A stretch of DNA of 64,000 nucleotides from an uncultured Actinomycetes bacterium. GTDB taxonomy: Bacteria; Actinomycetota; Thermoleophilia; UBA2241. The translations under genes were made by a program, and so were the position numbers. Below are positions 37,667 through 46,991 of the stretch, piece after piece; positions within the stretch are counted from its first letter, which is position 1, and each line of letters begins with the position of its first letter. The notes under the pieces are model-generated. The model saw nothing but the letters and a program-made list of their open reading frames with translations, was not told the DNA's origin and ran no database searches. The stretch spans positions 576,001 to 640,000 of the forward strand of contig CAVYCN010000002.1 in assembly GCA_963767005.1 (NCBI GenBank), read 5' to 3'.

Positions 37667-37999
37667 ATGGGCGACGTACAGCCGGAGCATCTTCCCGAAG
37701 TCTACCTGCGGTTCAGGGGCCACAACGCCGAGGTGGCGACGGCGCTCGACCGTCTCGGCGCGGCCGTCGACGGCGCCGGACCGCTCGACGAGCGTACGCA
37801 GCGTCTCGTCAAGCTCGGCCTGGCGATCGGCGCCGCCGCCGAGGGCGCGGTGCGGTCGAACGCCCGCAAGGCCATGGCGGCCGGCGCGTCGCCCGCCGAG
37901 GTGCGGCACGTCACGCTGCTGGCGATCACCACGTGCGGCTTTCCGACGGCGATCGCCGGGGCAGCCTGGGTCGACGAGGTCCTGGGCGCCGAGGGTTGA
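37667..37999 (+). CDS. Carboxymuconolactone decarboxylase family protein
   Basis: GPLDERTQRLVKLG, GAVRSNARKA, TTCGFP; GAGGAGG SD. Confidence 0.88.
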   Translation: MGDVQPEHLPEVYLRFRGHNAEVATALDRLGAAVDGAGPLDERTQRLVKLGLAIGAAAEGAVRSNARKAMAAGASPAEVRHVTLLAITTCGFPTAIAGAAWVDEVLGAEG

Positions 38000-38220
38000 C
38001 CCGCGCGGTCGGTGCGCATCGCCTTCGCCGACGCTCGCCTCGATCGCGCCGTCGCCCCGGGAGCCCACCGGCACGTCCGCTCTGGGCCCCCACCGGCGCT
38101 TACTCGCTGGGCCCCTCTGACGCTTGCGCCGGCACGGCCGATTCGTAAGACTTGAGTCCGACACATGCGGACCTGAGAGCCCCAGGCGGGGCAGGTTCCC
38201 GACGGTAGCGAGGTCGCCCC

Positions 38221-40275
38221 ATCGACCCAAGTGAGTTCCACGCCGCCGAGGCCGGACGGGTGGTCACGACCCCCGACGGCTACGCCGCCTTCGTCCCCGC
38301 GCCCCTGCCTCCCCACCGGCTGATGTTCGGCCGCGAGCTCGTGCTCGCGCTGTCGCGCGCCGATGCGGCGCTCGGCGAGCTGTCCGGCATCGTGAGCGAG
38401 CTGCCCGAGCCGCACCTGCTCGACGCGCCTTTCAAGCGCCAGGAGGCGCTCTGCTCATCGCGTATCGAAGGTGCCCGTGTGAGCCTGTCCGACCTGTTCC
38501 TCGACCAGATCGGAGCGGCCCCGGCCGGCGTGCCGCGCGACCACCTGCGCGAGGTGCGGGCCTGCATCGCGACCCTGCGCTTCGGCGTCGAGCGCCTGGC
38601 GGACGAGCCGCTGTCGCTCGACCTCGTGCGCCGGCTCCACGAGGAGCTGCTGCGCGGCGAGATCGGCGGTAACCGCACGCCGGGCGAGTTCCGCACGGGC
38701 GAGAGCTGGCTCGGACCGCCCGGCTCCACCTTGGCGACGGCCGCCTACGTCGCCCCGCCGGTGCCCGAGATGCTCGAGGCCCTCGCCGCCTGGGACGAGT
38801 TCCTGCGCACGCGCGACGAGCTGCCCGACCTGGTGCAGTGTGCGCTGCTCCACGCCCAGTTCGAGAGCATCCACCCGTTCGTGGGCGGCAACGGCCGTCT
38901 CGGCCGCCTGCTCATCACGCTCTTCCTGATCGACCGGCGGCGGCTCACGCGTCCGCTGCTCTACCTGTCGGCCTACTTCGAGGCGCATCGCGACGAGTAC
39001 TACCGCCGTCTCCAGCGCGTGCGCACGCACGCCGAGTGGGTGCCGTGGCTGCAGTTCTTCTTGACCGGGGTGCGTCAGACCGCCGAGCGCGGCGTGCGTC
39101 AGGCCCGCGCCCTGATCGCCATCCACGGCGAGCTGCACGCCCGCCTCAAGGGACCGGCGCTCGCCCTGGCCAGCGAGGCCTTCCGCACGCCCTGCGTGAC
39201 CGTCCCCCAGGCTCAGCGGGTGCTCGCCGTCGCGAACGGCACGGCGCGGCACGCCGTGCACGAGCTCACGAGCCGCGGCATCCTCGAGGAGTACGCAGAG
39301 AAGCGCTGGCCGCGCGTCTACCTGGCGCGACCGGTCCTGGACGCCGTGCTGCACCCGCTCGAGGAGCTGCGCCAGGCGCACCAGAGCGACGGCGACGGCG
39401 CGGTGCTCAAGTCGGTGGCCGGCCTGCGGCCGGAGCCCACGCGCCCGGCCGATCGCCTCATGGCCGAGGCGATGGCGATCATCGACACGGCCCGCGAGCA
39501 GGGCGTTCAGCTCCGTCTCACCGGCGGGCTTGCGATCCGCCGCTACTGCACCGACCTCGACTTCATGGACCGCGAGTACTCCGACATCGACGTCGTCGGC
39601 CTGGCCGCGCAGTCCCGGGACATGCATCCCGTGTTCGCCGGCCTCGGCTACGCCGAGAATCGCTACGTGAGCCAGGCCACCGACAGCCAGCAGCTCCAGT
39701 ACGTCAAGGCCGAGACCTTGGTCGAGCCGGCGCCCGAGACGGATTCCGCCGAGGCGCCGCTCGTCGACCACGTCGACATCTTCCTCGACGTCATGCGCAT
39801 GGACCACGACGTCGATGTCCGCGAGCGGCTCGACATCGACGACTACGCGATCTCGCCGGTCGACGCGCTCATCGCCAAGCTGCAGATCGGCAAGATCAAT
39901 CAGAAGGACGTGCACGACGTGGTCGCCCTGCTCAAGGACGTGCCGCTGCTCGACGCCGAGGGCGGACCCTCGGTCGACGTGCCGTACATGGCCGACACCT
40001 GCTCGCGCGACTGGGGCCTGTACCACGACATCACGACCAACCTCGACGCCGTGCTCGCGCGGGCCGGCGACTACGGCCTGCCGGCCGACGACCTCCAGCG
40101 CGTGCGCGAGCGCGTCTCGGCGATCAAGGAGGCGGTCGAGGACGCCAGCAAGCCGATCGGCTGGCGCCTGCGAGCGCGCGTCGGCGAGCGCGTGGCTTGG
40201 CGCCGCGAGGTCGAGGACACCGAAGGCACGCAGCTCATCGCCCCCGAGTGGGACTGGCGCCGCGACCTCGGCTAG
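38221..40275 (+). CDS. Fic-family protein fused to a nucleotidyltransferase-like domain (apparent ATC start 38221; first canonical start GTG 38260)
   Basis: AFVPAPLPP, SSRIEG, PGEFR, HPFVGGNGRLGR; then LRLTGGLAI...SDIDVV, DWGL; single uninterrupted frame. Confidence 0.85.
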   Translation: MDPSEFHAAEAGRVVTTPDGYAAFVPAPLPPHRLMFGRELVLALSRADAALGELSGIVSELPEPHLLDAPFKRQEALCSSRIEGARVSLSDLFLDQIGAAPAGVPRDHLREVRACIATLRFGVERLADEPLSLDLVRRLHEELLRGEIGGNRTPGEFRTGESWLGPPGSTLATAAYVAPPVPEMLEALAAWDEFLRTRDELPDLVQCALLHAQFESIHPFVGGNGRLGRLLITLFLIDRRRLTRPLLYLSAYFEAHRDEYYRRLQRVRTHAEWVPWLQFFLTGVRQTAERGVRQARALIAIHGELHARLKGPALALASEAFRTPCVTVPQAQRVLAVANGTARHAVHELTSRGILEEYAEKRWPRVYLARPVLDAVLHPLEELRQAHQSDGDGAVLKSVAGLRPEPTRPADRLMAEAMAIIDTAREQGVQLRLTGGLAIRRYCTDLDFMDREYSDIDVVGLAAQSRDMHPVFAGLGYAENRYVSQATDSQQLQYVKAETLVEPAPETDSAEAPLVDHVDIFLDVMRMDHDVDVRERLDIDDYAISPVDALIAKLQIGKINQKDVHDVVALLKDVPLLDAEGGPSVDVPYMADTCSRDWGLYHDITTNLDAVLARAGDYGLPADDLQRVRERVSAIKEAVEDASKPIGWRLRARVGERVAWRREVEDTEGTQLIAPEWDWRRDLG

Positions 40276-40325
40276 GATCGACCACAGGCGGGAAGCAGAC
40301 GTCCAGAGTCGACGGGGAGCGTGCG

Positions 40326-40670
40326 ATGGTCGGTCACAGACAGGATCTCGAAGGCACACGGCTGCGCGGAGACGGCCTCGATGGCGTCGTCAAGCGGCTG
40401 CTCGTGGGCCCGGCCGAAGGCTGGCAGGGCTGGGCGCTGCGCCTCTTCGAGCTCGAGCCGGCCGGCCACACGCCGCGCCACGCGCACCCCTGGCCGCACA
40501 TCAACTACGTCACAGCCGGCAGCGGCACCCTGCACATCGACGGCGTCGACCACGCCGTGAGCGCCGGCTCGTACGCCTACGTCCCGGCCGGCGCCACCCA
40601 CCAGTTCAGCAACTCGGGCGACGACACCTTCGCCTTCCTGTGCGTGGTCCCCGAGGAGGGCGAAGCCTGA
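40326..40670 (+). CDS. Cupin domain protein
   Basis: HTPRHAHPWPH, VPAGATHQF. Confidence 0.88.
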   Translation: MVGHRQDLEGTRLRGDGLDGVVKRLLVGPAEGWQGWALRLFELEPAGHTPRHAHPWPHINYVTAGSGTLHIDGVDHAVSAGSYAYVPAGATHQFSNSGDDTFAFLCVVPEEGEA

Positions 40671-40762
40671 CGGAGCGCCGCGCGGTGCGGCCGCGGGCCA
40701 GCCCATCGGCACGCCTCAGACGCGCCGCCGTGCGGCCGCCGCCGGAGACGGTGTCGCCGCTC

Positions 40763-42031
40763 TCAGAGGAACTCGTAGAGCGGGAACGTCTCGAGCAGGT
40801 CGAGTACCTCCTGGCGGATCTCGGCCAGCACCGCCGGCTTGCCCTTGGCCGCCACGGCGCGCAGGATCAGCCGCCCGGTCTGGCGCATCTCGACCTCGGT
40901 GAAGCCCCGTGTGCTCACGGCCGGCGAGCCCACGCGCAGGCCGCTCGCCACCGACATCGGGCCGTCGTCGAAGGGCACGACGTTGCGGTTGGCGGTGATG
41001 TTCACCGACTCCAGCAACTGCTGACACTCGAGGCCGTTCAGGCCGGTGCCGCGCAGGTCGACGAGGGCAAGGTGCACGTCGGTACCGCCCGACACGAGGC
41101 GCAGGCCGCCGTCGGCGAGCGTCTCGGCGAGCGCCGCGGCGTTGGCCACGATCTGGCGCTGCAGGCGGCGGAACTCCTCGCTGCGCGCGATGCGCAGGCA
41201 GACCGCCTTGGCGGCCACGACGTGGGCGAGCGGCCCGCCCTGCATGCCTGGGAACACGGCACGGTCGATCGCCTTGGCGTGCTCGGCGCGGCACATGATG
41301 AGGCCGGCGCGCGGGCCGGTGAGAGTCTTGTGTGTGGTCGAGGTGACGACGTCGCAGTACGGCACCGGGTCGGGGTGCAGGCCGGCCGCCACGAGGCCGG
41401 CGATATGGGCGATGTCGGCCAGCAGCAGGGCGCCGACCTCGTCGGCGATGGCGCGGAAGGCGGCGAAGTCGATGGTCCGCGGGTAGGAGCTGTAGCCGCA
41501 GATGATGAGCCGCGGTTTGTGCTCGAGCGCGAGCGCGCGGACCTCGTCGTAGTCGATCGTCTCGGTGTCGCGACGCACGTGGTAGGGGATGGCGTTGTAG
41601 GCGACCCCCGACATGTTGAGTGGCAGGCCGTGGGTGAGGTGGCCGCCGTGGGCCAGCTCCATCGCCAGGAACGTGTCGCCCGGCTTGAGCAGGGCGAACA
41701 GCGCAGCCAGGTTCGCCGACGAGCCCGAGTGCGGTTGCACATTCACGTGCTCGGCGCCGAAGAGCTCCTTGCAGCGGTCGATGGCGAGCTGCTCGACCGC
41801 GTCGATCACGTCGCAGCCGCCGTAGTAGCGCGCGCCGGGATACCCCTCGGCGTACTTGTTCGTCAGCACCGAGCCGGTGGCTTCGAGCACGGCGCGGCTG
41901 GCGAAGTTCTCGGAGGCGATCAGCTCGAGCGTCTCCTGCTGGCGGCGCAGCTCGCCGCGCAGCAGCTCGTTCAGGTCGGGGTCGAGCTCGTACAGCGGCT
42001 CGCGGCGCCATTCCTTGCCGACGGGGTTCAC
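40763..42031 (-). CDS. glyA: Serine hydroxymethyltransferase
   Basis: [41 protein letters not shown]; GAGGAG SD before GTG. Confidence 0.96.
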   Translation of the reverse strand: MNPVGKEWRREPLYELDPDLNELLRGELRRQQETLELIASENFASRAVLEATGSVLTNKYAEGYPGARYYGGCDVIDAVEQLAIDRCKELFGAEHVNVQPHSGSSANLAALFALLKPGDTFLAMELAHGGHLTHGLPLNMSGVAYNAIPYHVRRDTETIDYDEVRALALEHKPRLIICGYSSYPRTIDFAAFRAIADEVGALLLADIAHIAGLVAAGLHPDPVPYCDVVTSTTHKTLTGPRAGLIMCRAEHAKAIDRAVFPGMQGGPLAHVVAAKAVCLRIARSEEFRRLQRQIVANAAALAETLADGGLRLVSGGTDVHLALVDLRGTGLNGLECQQLLESVNITANRNVVPFDDGPMSVASGLRVGSPAVSTRGFTEVEMRQTGRLILRAVAAKGKPAVLAEIRQEVLDLLETFPLYEFL

Positions 42032-42115
42032 AAGGGCTCCTCGTGACGATGTCCGGGGGATCGGGCCGTCGCCGGACGGCCACGTCCATCCTACCAGAGC
42101 CGTGGCGGCTGGGCC

Positions 42116-42187
42116 GAGCGGTCCCGCACAATGGGACGTGACCGGGCCCACTCAGCGGGACGCGAGTGGTCCCGCACAGTGGGACGT
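42116..42187. repeat. Three imperfect 24-bp tandem repeats upstream of glyA
   Basis: GAGCGGTCCCGCACAATGGGACGT / GACCGGGCCCACTCAGCGGGACGC / GAGTGGTCCCGCACAGTGGGACGT. Confidence 0.8.
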
Positions 42188-42221
42188 GACCGTGGGCGGT
42201 GCGCAGCGGCCCAGGCGACGG

Positions 42222-44729
42222 CTACACACGCATGCGCGCGCCCGACGGGTCGTAGAAGGGCGCCGTCGACAGCGTCGCCGGCGCCCTCTCCCCCGCCACC
42301 TCGACCTTCACGTGAGCAGCGGCGAGCAGCGCGTCGATCTCGCCGGGCGGGACCTCGAGCAGCGCGAGCCCGACGGCCGCGCCCACGCTGTGTCCGTACG
42401 CCCCCGACGTCACCCGGCCCACGGGCCCGCCGTCGGCTCGCACAGGCTCGCCGCCGAGCAGGAGCGGACCGGGGTCGTCCAGCCTGATGCCGGCCAGACG
42501 ACGCGAGCGCCCCGCCGGCGGCCCGGCGAGCAGGGCGGCGCGACCGGTGAAGCCCAGCGGTTTGCCGTGCGCGACGGTCGCGCCGAGCCCGGCCTCGTCG
42601 GGCCGGTCGGCCGGGCCCATGTCCGCGCCCCAGTGCCGGAACCCCTTTTCGGCCCGCAGACCGTCGAGCGCGAGCATGCCGGCGAGACGAAGGCCGTGCC
42701 GCACGCCGGCGGCCGCCACCCGGTCGAACAGCGAGACCAGCGACTCGCTCGGCACGTAGAGCTCCCAGCCGAGCTCGCCCGCGTAGCAGACACGCAGGGC
42801 CAGAGCCCGGGCCCCGACGACCTCGATGGCACGGGCCGTGGCCCACGGGAAGGCGCCGGAGTCGAGCGCCTGGTCGGTGAGCTCCCGCAGCAGCGCCCGT
42901 GAACGCGGTCCGGCGAGCGCCAGGACGCCCAGCCCCGACGTGACGTCGGTCGCTACGGCTGAGCCGGCGCAGGCGCGCCGCAGCAGGACGACGACGGCGC
43001 GCTGCGTGACCGTGGGCGCGACCACGAGAAAGCCGTCGGGCGCGAGCCGGGTCACGGTGACGTCGGCCTCGATGCCGCCGCCGGCGTTCAGCAGGCACGA
43101 GTAGACGACAGACCCCAGGGGCCGGTCCACATCGGCGCTGCAGGCACGCTGCACAGCGGCGAGCGCGCCCGGCCCCTCGACCCGGACCTTCGCAAACGTC
43201 GACAGGTCGAACAGCGCGACCCCCTCACGCGCGGCGCGGTGCTCCTCGGCGACGGCGCCGAACCAGTTCTGCCGGCCGTACGAGTAGCGGTAGGCCGGCC
43301 GCACACCGGGCGGCGCGAACCAGTCGGGCCGCTCCCAGCCGGCGGCCTCACCGAAGCAGGCGCCGGCGGCGGCGAGGCGCTCGAACAGGGGGCCGCGGCG
43401 CAGCCCGCGGGCAGTCGCCGGCTGCAGATGGGGCCAATGCATGGCGTAGAGCCGGCCGAGCGTCTCGCGCGTGCGCTCGGCCAGATAGGCCTCGCCCGCC
43501 TGCTCTGGTGCGAAGCGCCGCACGTCGAGCTCGGCGACGTCGATGGTCGGAGCGCCACCCACGATCCAGGCTGCCAGGGCGCGGCCCAGGCCGGGCCCGA
43601 GGATGATGCCCTGGGAGTTCAGCCCGGCCGCGACGAACAGGCCCGTGACCTCGGCGGTCTCACCGACGAGCGGGGCGCCGTCGGGAGTGAAGCTCTCGGG
43701 CGCGTTCAAGAAGTGCTCGACCGCGACCTCGCGCAGGCCCGGCACGCGCCGTCGCGCCTTCTCGAGCGACGGCGCGAAGTGCTCCCAGCCGCCGGGCAGC
43801 TCGCCGAAGGCGAAATCGCCGGACAGCTCCGCGGGCGGGCACGGCAGACCGTCGGGCTCGAACGCCCCGACGACGAAGCCGCCGCGGTAGGGTCGTACGT
43901 AGACGTGGCCGTCGAGGTCACGCAGGATCGGAAGGCCGCGCTCGGCGCCCGCCACCGGCGCCGTCAGCGCCCACATGTGTTGCGCCGGATACAGGGCGAG
44001 AGGCACGCCGGCCAGGGCGCCGAGCGCGCGCGACCACAGGCCGGCCGCGATCACCACGACCTCGCACTCGATCGCACCGCGACCTGTCTCGACGGCGGCG
44101 ATCGCCTCGCCGTGCAGCCGCAGGCCGACGACAGGGCAGTCCTCGACCAGACGCACGCCGAGGTCGACGGCCGCTTTGGCCGTCGCCAGCGTGACGTAGC
44201 CGGGGTTGACGGTGGCGTCGCCCTCGAACAGCACGCCACCGACCAGCCCGTCCGGGTCGATGGGCGGCCAGGCCGCGGCGACGCCGGCAGGGTCGAGCCG
44301 CCGTGCGGGCAGGCCGTGGTAGCGAGCGAGGGCGAGACCATACTCGAGCTCCGTCATGCGCTCCGGGTCCTGAGCGACCGACAGCGAGCCGTTCTCATGA
44401 AAGCCGACGTCGATGCCCGTGCGCGCGCTCAGCCCGGCGTAGAAGTCGCGGCTGGAGCAGGCGAGGGTGGTCTGCACGTGGCTGCCGCGGGCCCGAGTGA
44501 CGAGACCGGCGGCGTGCCAGCTCGTACCGGAGCCCACACGGGCTCGCTCGACGAGCACGATGTCCGTCCATCCGAGCGCGGCGAGGTGGAAGGCGACCGA
44601 GCAACCGACGATGCCGGCGCCGATCACCACCACCCGCGCCCGCTGCGGCGGATCGTCCTCGCCGGCCGTCGGCGCGAACGGACGTGCCGTGATCGATGCA
44701 TCGCGCAGGCGCTCCTCGCCCGGGCTCAA
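42222..44729 (-). CDS. GcvT-family FAD/folate-dependent oxidoreductase (sarcosine/dimethylglycine dehydrogenase-like)
   Basis: IGAGIVG, GTSWHAAG, ESFTPDG, GWERPDWF, DLSTFAK, GELGWELY, RAEKGFRHWG. Confidence 0.92.
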   Translation of the reverse strand: MSPGEERLRDASITARPFAPTAGEDDPPQRARVVVIGAGIVGCSVAFHLAALGWTDIVLVERARVGSGTSWHAAGLVTRARGSHVQTTLACSSRDFYAGLSARTGIDVGFHENGSLSVAQDPERMTELEYGLALARYHGLPARRLDPAGVAAAWPPIDPDGLVGGVLFEGDATVNPGYVTLATAKAAVDLGVRLVEDCPVVGLRLHGEAIAAVETGRGAIECEVVVIAAGLWSRALGALAGVPLALYPAQHMWALTAPVAGAERGLPILRDLDGHVYVRPYRGGFVVGAFEPDGLPCPPAELSGDFAFGELPGGWEHFAPSLEKARRRVPGLREVAVEHFLNAPESFTPDGAPLVGETAEVTGLFVAAGLNSQGIILGPGLGRALAAWIVGGAPTIDVAELDVRRFAPEQAGEAYLAERTRETLGRLYAMHWPHLQPATARGLRRGPLFERLAAAGACFGEAAGWERPDWFAPPGVRPAYRYSYGRQNWFGAVAEEHRAAREGVALFDLSTFAKVRVEGPGALAAVQRACSADVDRPLGSVVYSCLLNAGGGIEADVTVTRLAPDGFLVVAPTVTQRAVVVLLRRACAGSAVATDVTSGLGVLALAGPRSRALLRELTDQALDSGAFPWATARAIEVVGARALALRVCYAGELGWELYVPSESLVSLFDRVAAAGVRHGLRLAGMLALDGLRAEKGFRHWGADMGPADRPDEAGLGATVAHGKPLGFTGRAALLAGPPAGRSRRLAGIRLDDPGPLLLGGEPVRADGGPVGRVTSGAYGHSVGAAVGLALLEVPPGEIDALLAAAHVKVEVAGERAPATLSTAPFYDPSGARMRV

Positions 44730-44813
44730 GGCGCCCCCTTCGGATCTCGACGTGGGAAGGCCTTCCTACCCGCGCTGCGGTCCCGCCGCACCGTCGGCAG
44801 ACGCCGTGCGTGC

Positions 44814-44910
44814 GCCGCTCAGGCGTGCGTGGCTTCGCTGCGCGCCTAGTGCCGTCAGTCGACTTCGTCGCTGCCGCTCAGGCGTGCGTGGCTTCGCTGC
44901 GCGCCTAGTG
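44814..44910. repeat. Two identical 38-bp direct repeats (59-bp period), same family as 8830-8889
   Basis: GCCGCTCAGGCGTGCGTGGCTTCGCTGCGCGCCTAGTG at 44814-44851 and 44873-44910. Confidence 0.92.
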
Positions 44911-46329
44911 ACTCGAGCCGACGGTCTCCTCGAGGGCGGCCTCGCGTGTCGCGTCCTCGGCGCGTTCGAGCGCCGGCAGCTCGACCGAGACCGGGGACAG
45001 CGCGTCGTCCACGGCGGAGCCCGCCGGCACGATCGTGCCGTGCCGCAGCGCCCGGATGCGACGCAGCTCGAAGCCCGCCCAGACGGCCACCGCCAGCGTC
45101 GCAAGGCCGCCCAGGGCGAGGGCGAAGCGCGCCCCGAACTGCTCGGCGAGGTAGCCGATCAGGGGCGAGCCGATCGGTGTCGTGCCCAGGAAGACCATCG
45201 CCCACAGCGCCATGACGCGGCCGCGCATGGCCGGCGTCGCGTACAGCTGCAGGAGCGAGTTGGCGGCCGCGATGAACATGATGCTGGCCGCGCCCATCGG
45301 CACGAGGAGGGCGAGCGCGAAAGGCAGGGTCGGCGCCGCCGCGACGGCCAGGATCAGGGCGCCGAAGGCGAGCGTCACCGCGACGAGCAGGCGGTAGCCG
45401 GGACGCTCCCGCGAGGCGATCACGAGCCCACCGCCGAGCGCCCCCACCCCCATGGCGGCCATGAGGCTGCCCAGCGTGCCGCCGCCACGGTGGAAGACGT
45501 CGGCGGCGAAGAGCGGCAAGAGAACGCCGAAGTTGTACGCGAGCGTGCCCATGACCGCCATCATGACGAGCGGTACGCGCAGCTCCCACCTGCTCCAGGC
45601 ATAGCTCAGCCCGGCCCGGATCTGACCCTTGGCACGCTGCACCGGCGGGCGGCGGTGCAAGTCGGACGGACGCATCGCCAGGAGCGCGCCGATCACGGCG
45701 GCGAACGAGACGGCGTTCACGAGGAACACGCGAGAGCAGGCGGCCGTCACACCAGCCGCGCCACCGCCCGAGAACGCCAGGATCAGGCCGGCCACGGCCG
45801 GCCCCACGATGCGCGACGCGTTCACGATGACGCTGTTCAGGCCGACGGCGTTGGCGAGGTCGTCGGGCCCGACCATCTCGACGGCGAAGCTCTGGCGTGA
45901 GGGGTTGTCGAACGCGTTGATGACGCCGTAGATAAGGGCGAGCGTCCACACCATCCACAGGCGGGAGTGGCCGCTCGCCACGACGAGCCAAAGGGCGACG
46001 GCCTGGACGGTGAAGGCCGCCTGGGTCACGAGCAGCACCCGGCGCTTGTCGACGCGGTCGGCAAGGAGGCCGCCGAACGTGCCGAGCACGAGCACGGGCC
46101 CGAACTGCAGCGCCAGCGTAAAGCCGAGGTCGAAGGCGTTGTGCGTGAGGACGCGGTAGACGAGCCAGCCCTGGGCCACGCTCTGCATCCAGGTGCCACA
46201 CTGCGAGACCGTCTGGCCGATGAACCACAGCCGGTAGTTGCGGGTCCGCAGTGAGCGGAAGGTGCGGTCCACGACGCCGGCGCGGCGGTTCAGGGCCTCG
46301 CCGGCCACGGTCGCCGGCAGGTCGCTCAC
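44905..46329 (-). CDS. MFS transporter
   Basis: RNYRLWFIGQ..S..GTWMQ, GLLADRVDKR, MRGRVMAL; multiple TM segments. Confidence 0.92.
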   Translation of the reverse strand: MSDLPATVAGEALNRRAGVVDRTFRSLRTRNYRLWFIGQTVSQCGTWMQSVAQGWLVYRVLTHNAFDLGFTLALQFGPVLVLGTFGGLLADRVDKRRVLLVTQAAFTVQAVALWLVVASGHSRLWMVWTLALIYGVINAFDNPSRQSFAVEMVGPDDLANAVGLNSVIVNASRIVGPAVAGLILAFSGGGAAGVTAACSRVFLVNAVSFAAVIGALLAMRPSDLHRRPPVQRAKGQIRAGLSYAWSRWELRVPLVMMAVMGTLAYNFGVLLPLFAADVFHRGGGTLGSLMAAMGVGALGGGLVIASRERPGYRLLVAVTLAFGALILAVAAAPTLPFALALLVPMGAASIMFIAAANSLLQLYATPAMRGRVMALWAMVFLGTTPIGSPLIGYLAEQFGARFALALGGLATLAVAVWAGFELRRIRALRHGTIVPAGSAVDDALSPVSVELPALERAEDATREAALEETVGSSH

Positions 46330-46850
46330 TTGCCCTCTTCGAGGAGTCGCTCGAGCACGGGCAGGGCCTCGCGCAGGACGCTGATCTCGGCGGCGTCGAG
46401 CCGCCGCAGGCGCCGCGCGAGGTAGGCGGTCTTGCGGGTCCGCGAGCGCTGCACGACGCGCAGCCCCGCGGGCGTCAGGCTGACGCGAGCGACGCGGCGG
46501 TCGTGCAGGTCGGCCTCGCGACGCAGCAGGCCGAGGCCCTCGAGGGTGGCGACCATGCGAGTCACGCTCGGCGGCGTGACGCGTTCGCTCGCGGCGAGCT
46601 GCCCGAGTGTGATCGACCCCTGGCGCTCGACCGTCACGAGCGCCGAGTGCAGCGACGGGCTCAGGTCGCCGGGCGTCTCGCTCCGCAGCCGCCGGACGAG
46701 CCGATTGAGCACGAGCCGCAGCCGCGCAGCCATCTCGGGCTCGCTCTGCTGCGGCTCCTCAGCGACACCCGACACCGACAGCGTCGCGGAGCGAGTCGGG
46801 CCAGCGGTCTCCCGCAGCGGGTCGGCGGGCTTGTCGTCGATCGTCTCCAC
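46326..46850 (-). CDS. MarR-family regulator (start uncertain)
   Basis: LAASERVTPPSVTRMV, DRR...SLTPAG; GTGA overlap with the MFS gene. Confidence 0.88.
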   Translation of the reverse strand: METIDDKPADPLRETAGPTRSATLSVSGVAEEPQQSEPEMAARLRLVLNRLVRRLRSETPGDLSPSLHSALVTVERQGSITLGQLAASERVTPPSVTRMVATLEGLGLLRREADLHDRRVARVSLTPAGLRVVQRSRTRKTAYLARRLRRLDAAEISVLREALPVLERLLEEGK

Positions 46851-46858
46851 GGCAGATA

Positions 46859-46886
46859 GTTTACCACGTTAATTACCTTGGTGAAC
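46859..46886. promoter_or_regulatory. Probable MarR operator
   Basis: AT-rich imperfect inverted repeat GTTTACCA...TGGTGAAC just upstream of marR. Confidence 0.45.
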
Positions 46887-46991
46887 AAAAAACCCATGGC
46901 TGCGCCGCTGATCCGCCCGCTCAGGCCGATCGCCTGATCCGCCCGGTCGGGCCGCCGCCTGATCCGCGGGCTGCTGCTGCTGACCCGTCGC

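Noticed and set aside
44814-44910. Possible mini CRISPR array (38-bp repeats, 21-bp spacer)
   Set aside because: Only two repeats, no cas genes, and the 'spacer' is itself conserved in the copy at 8830-8889, so it is a 59-bp repeat unit
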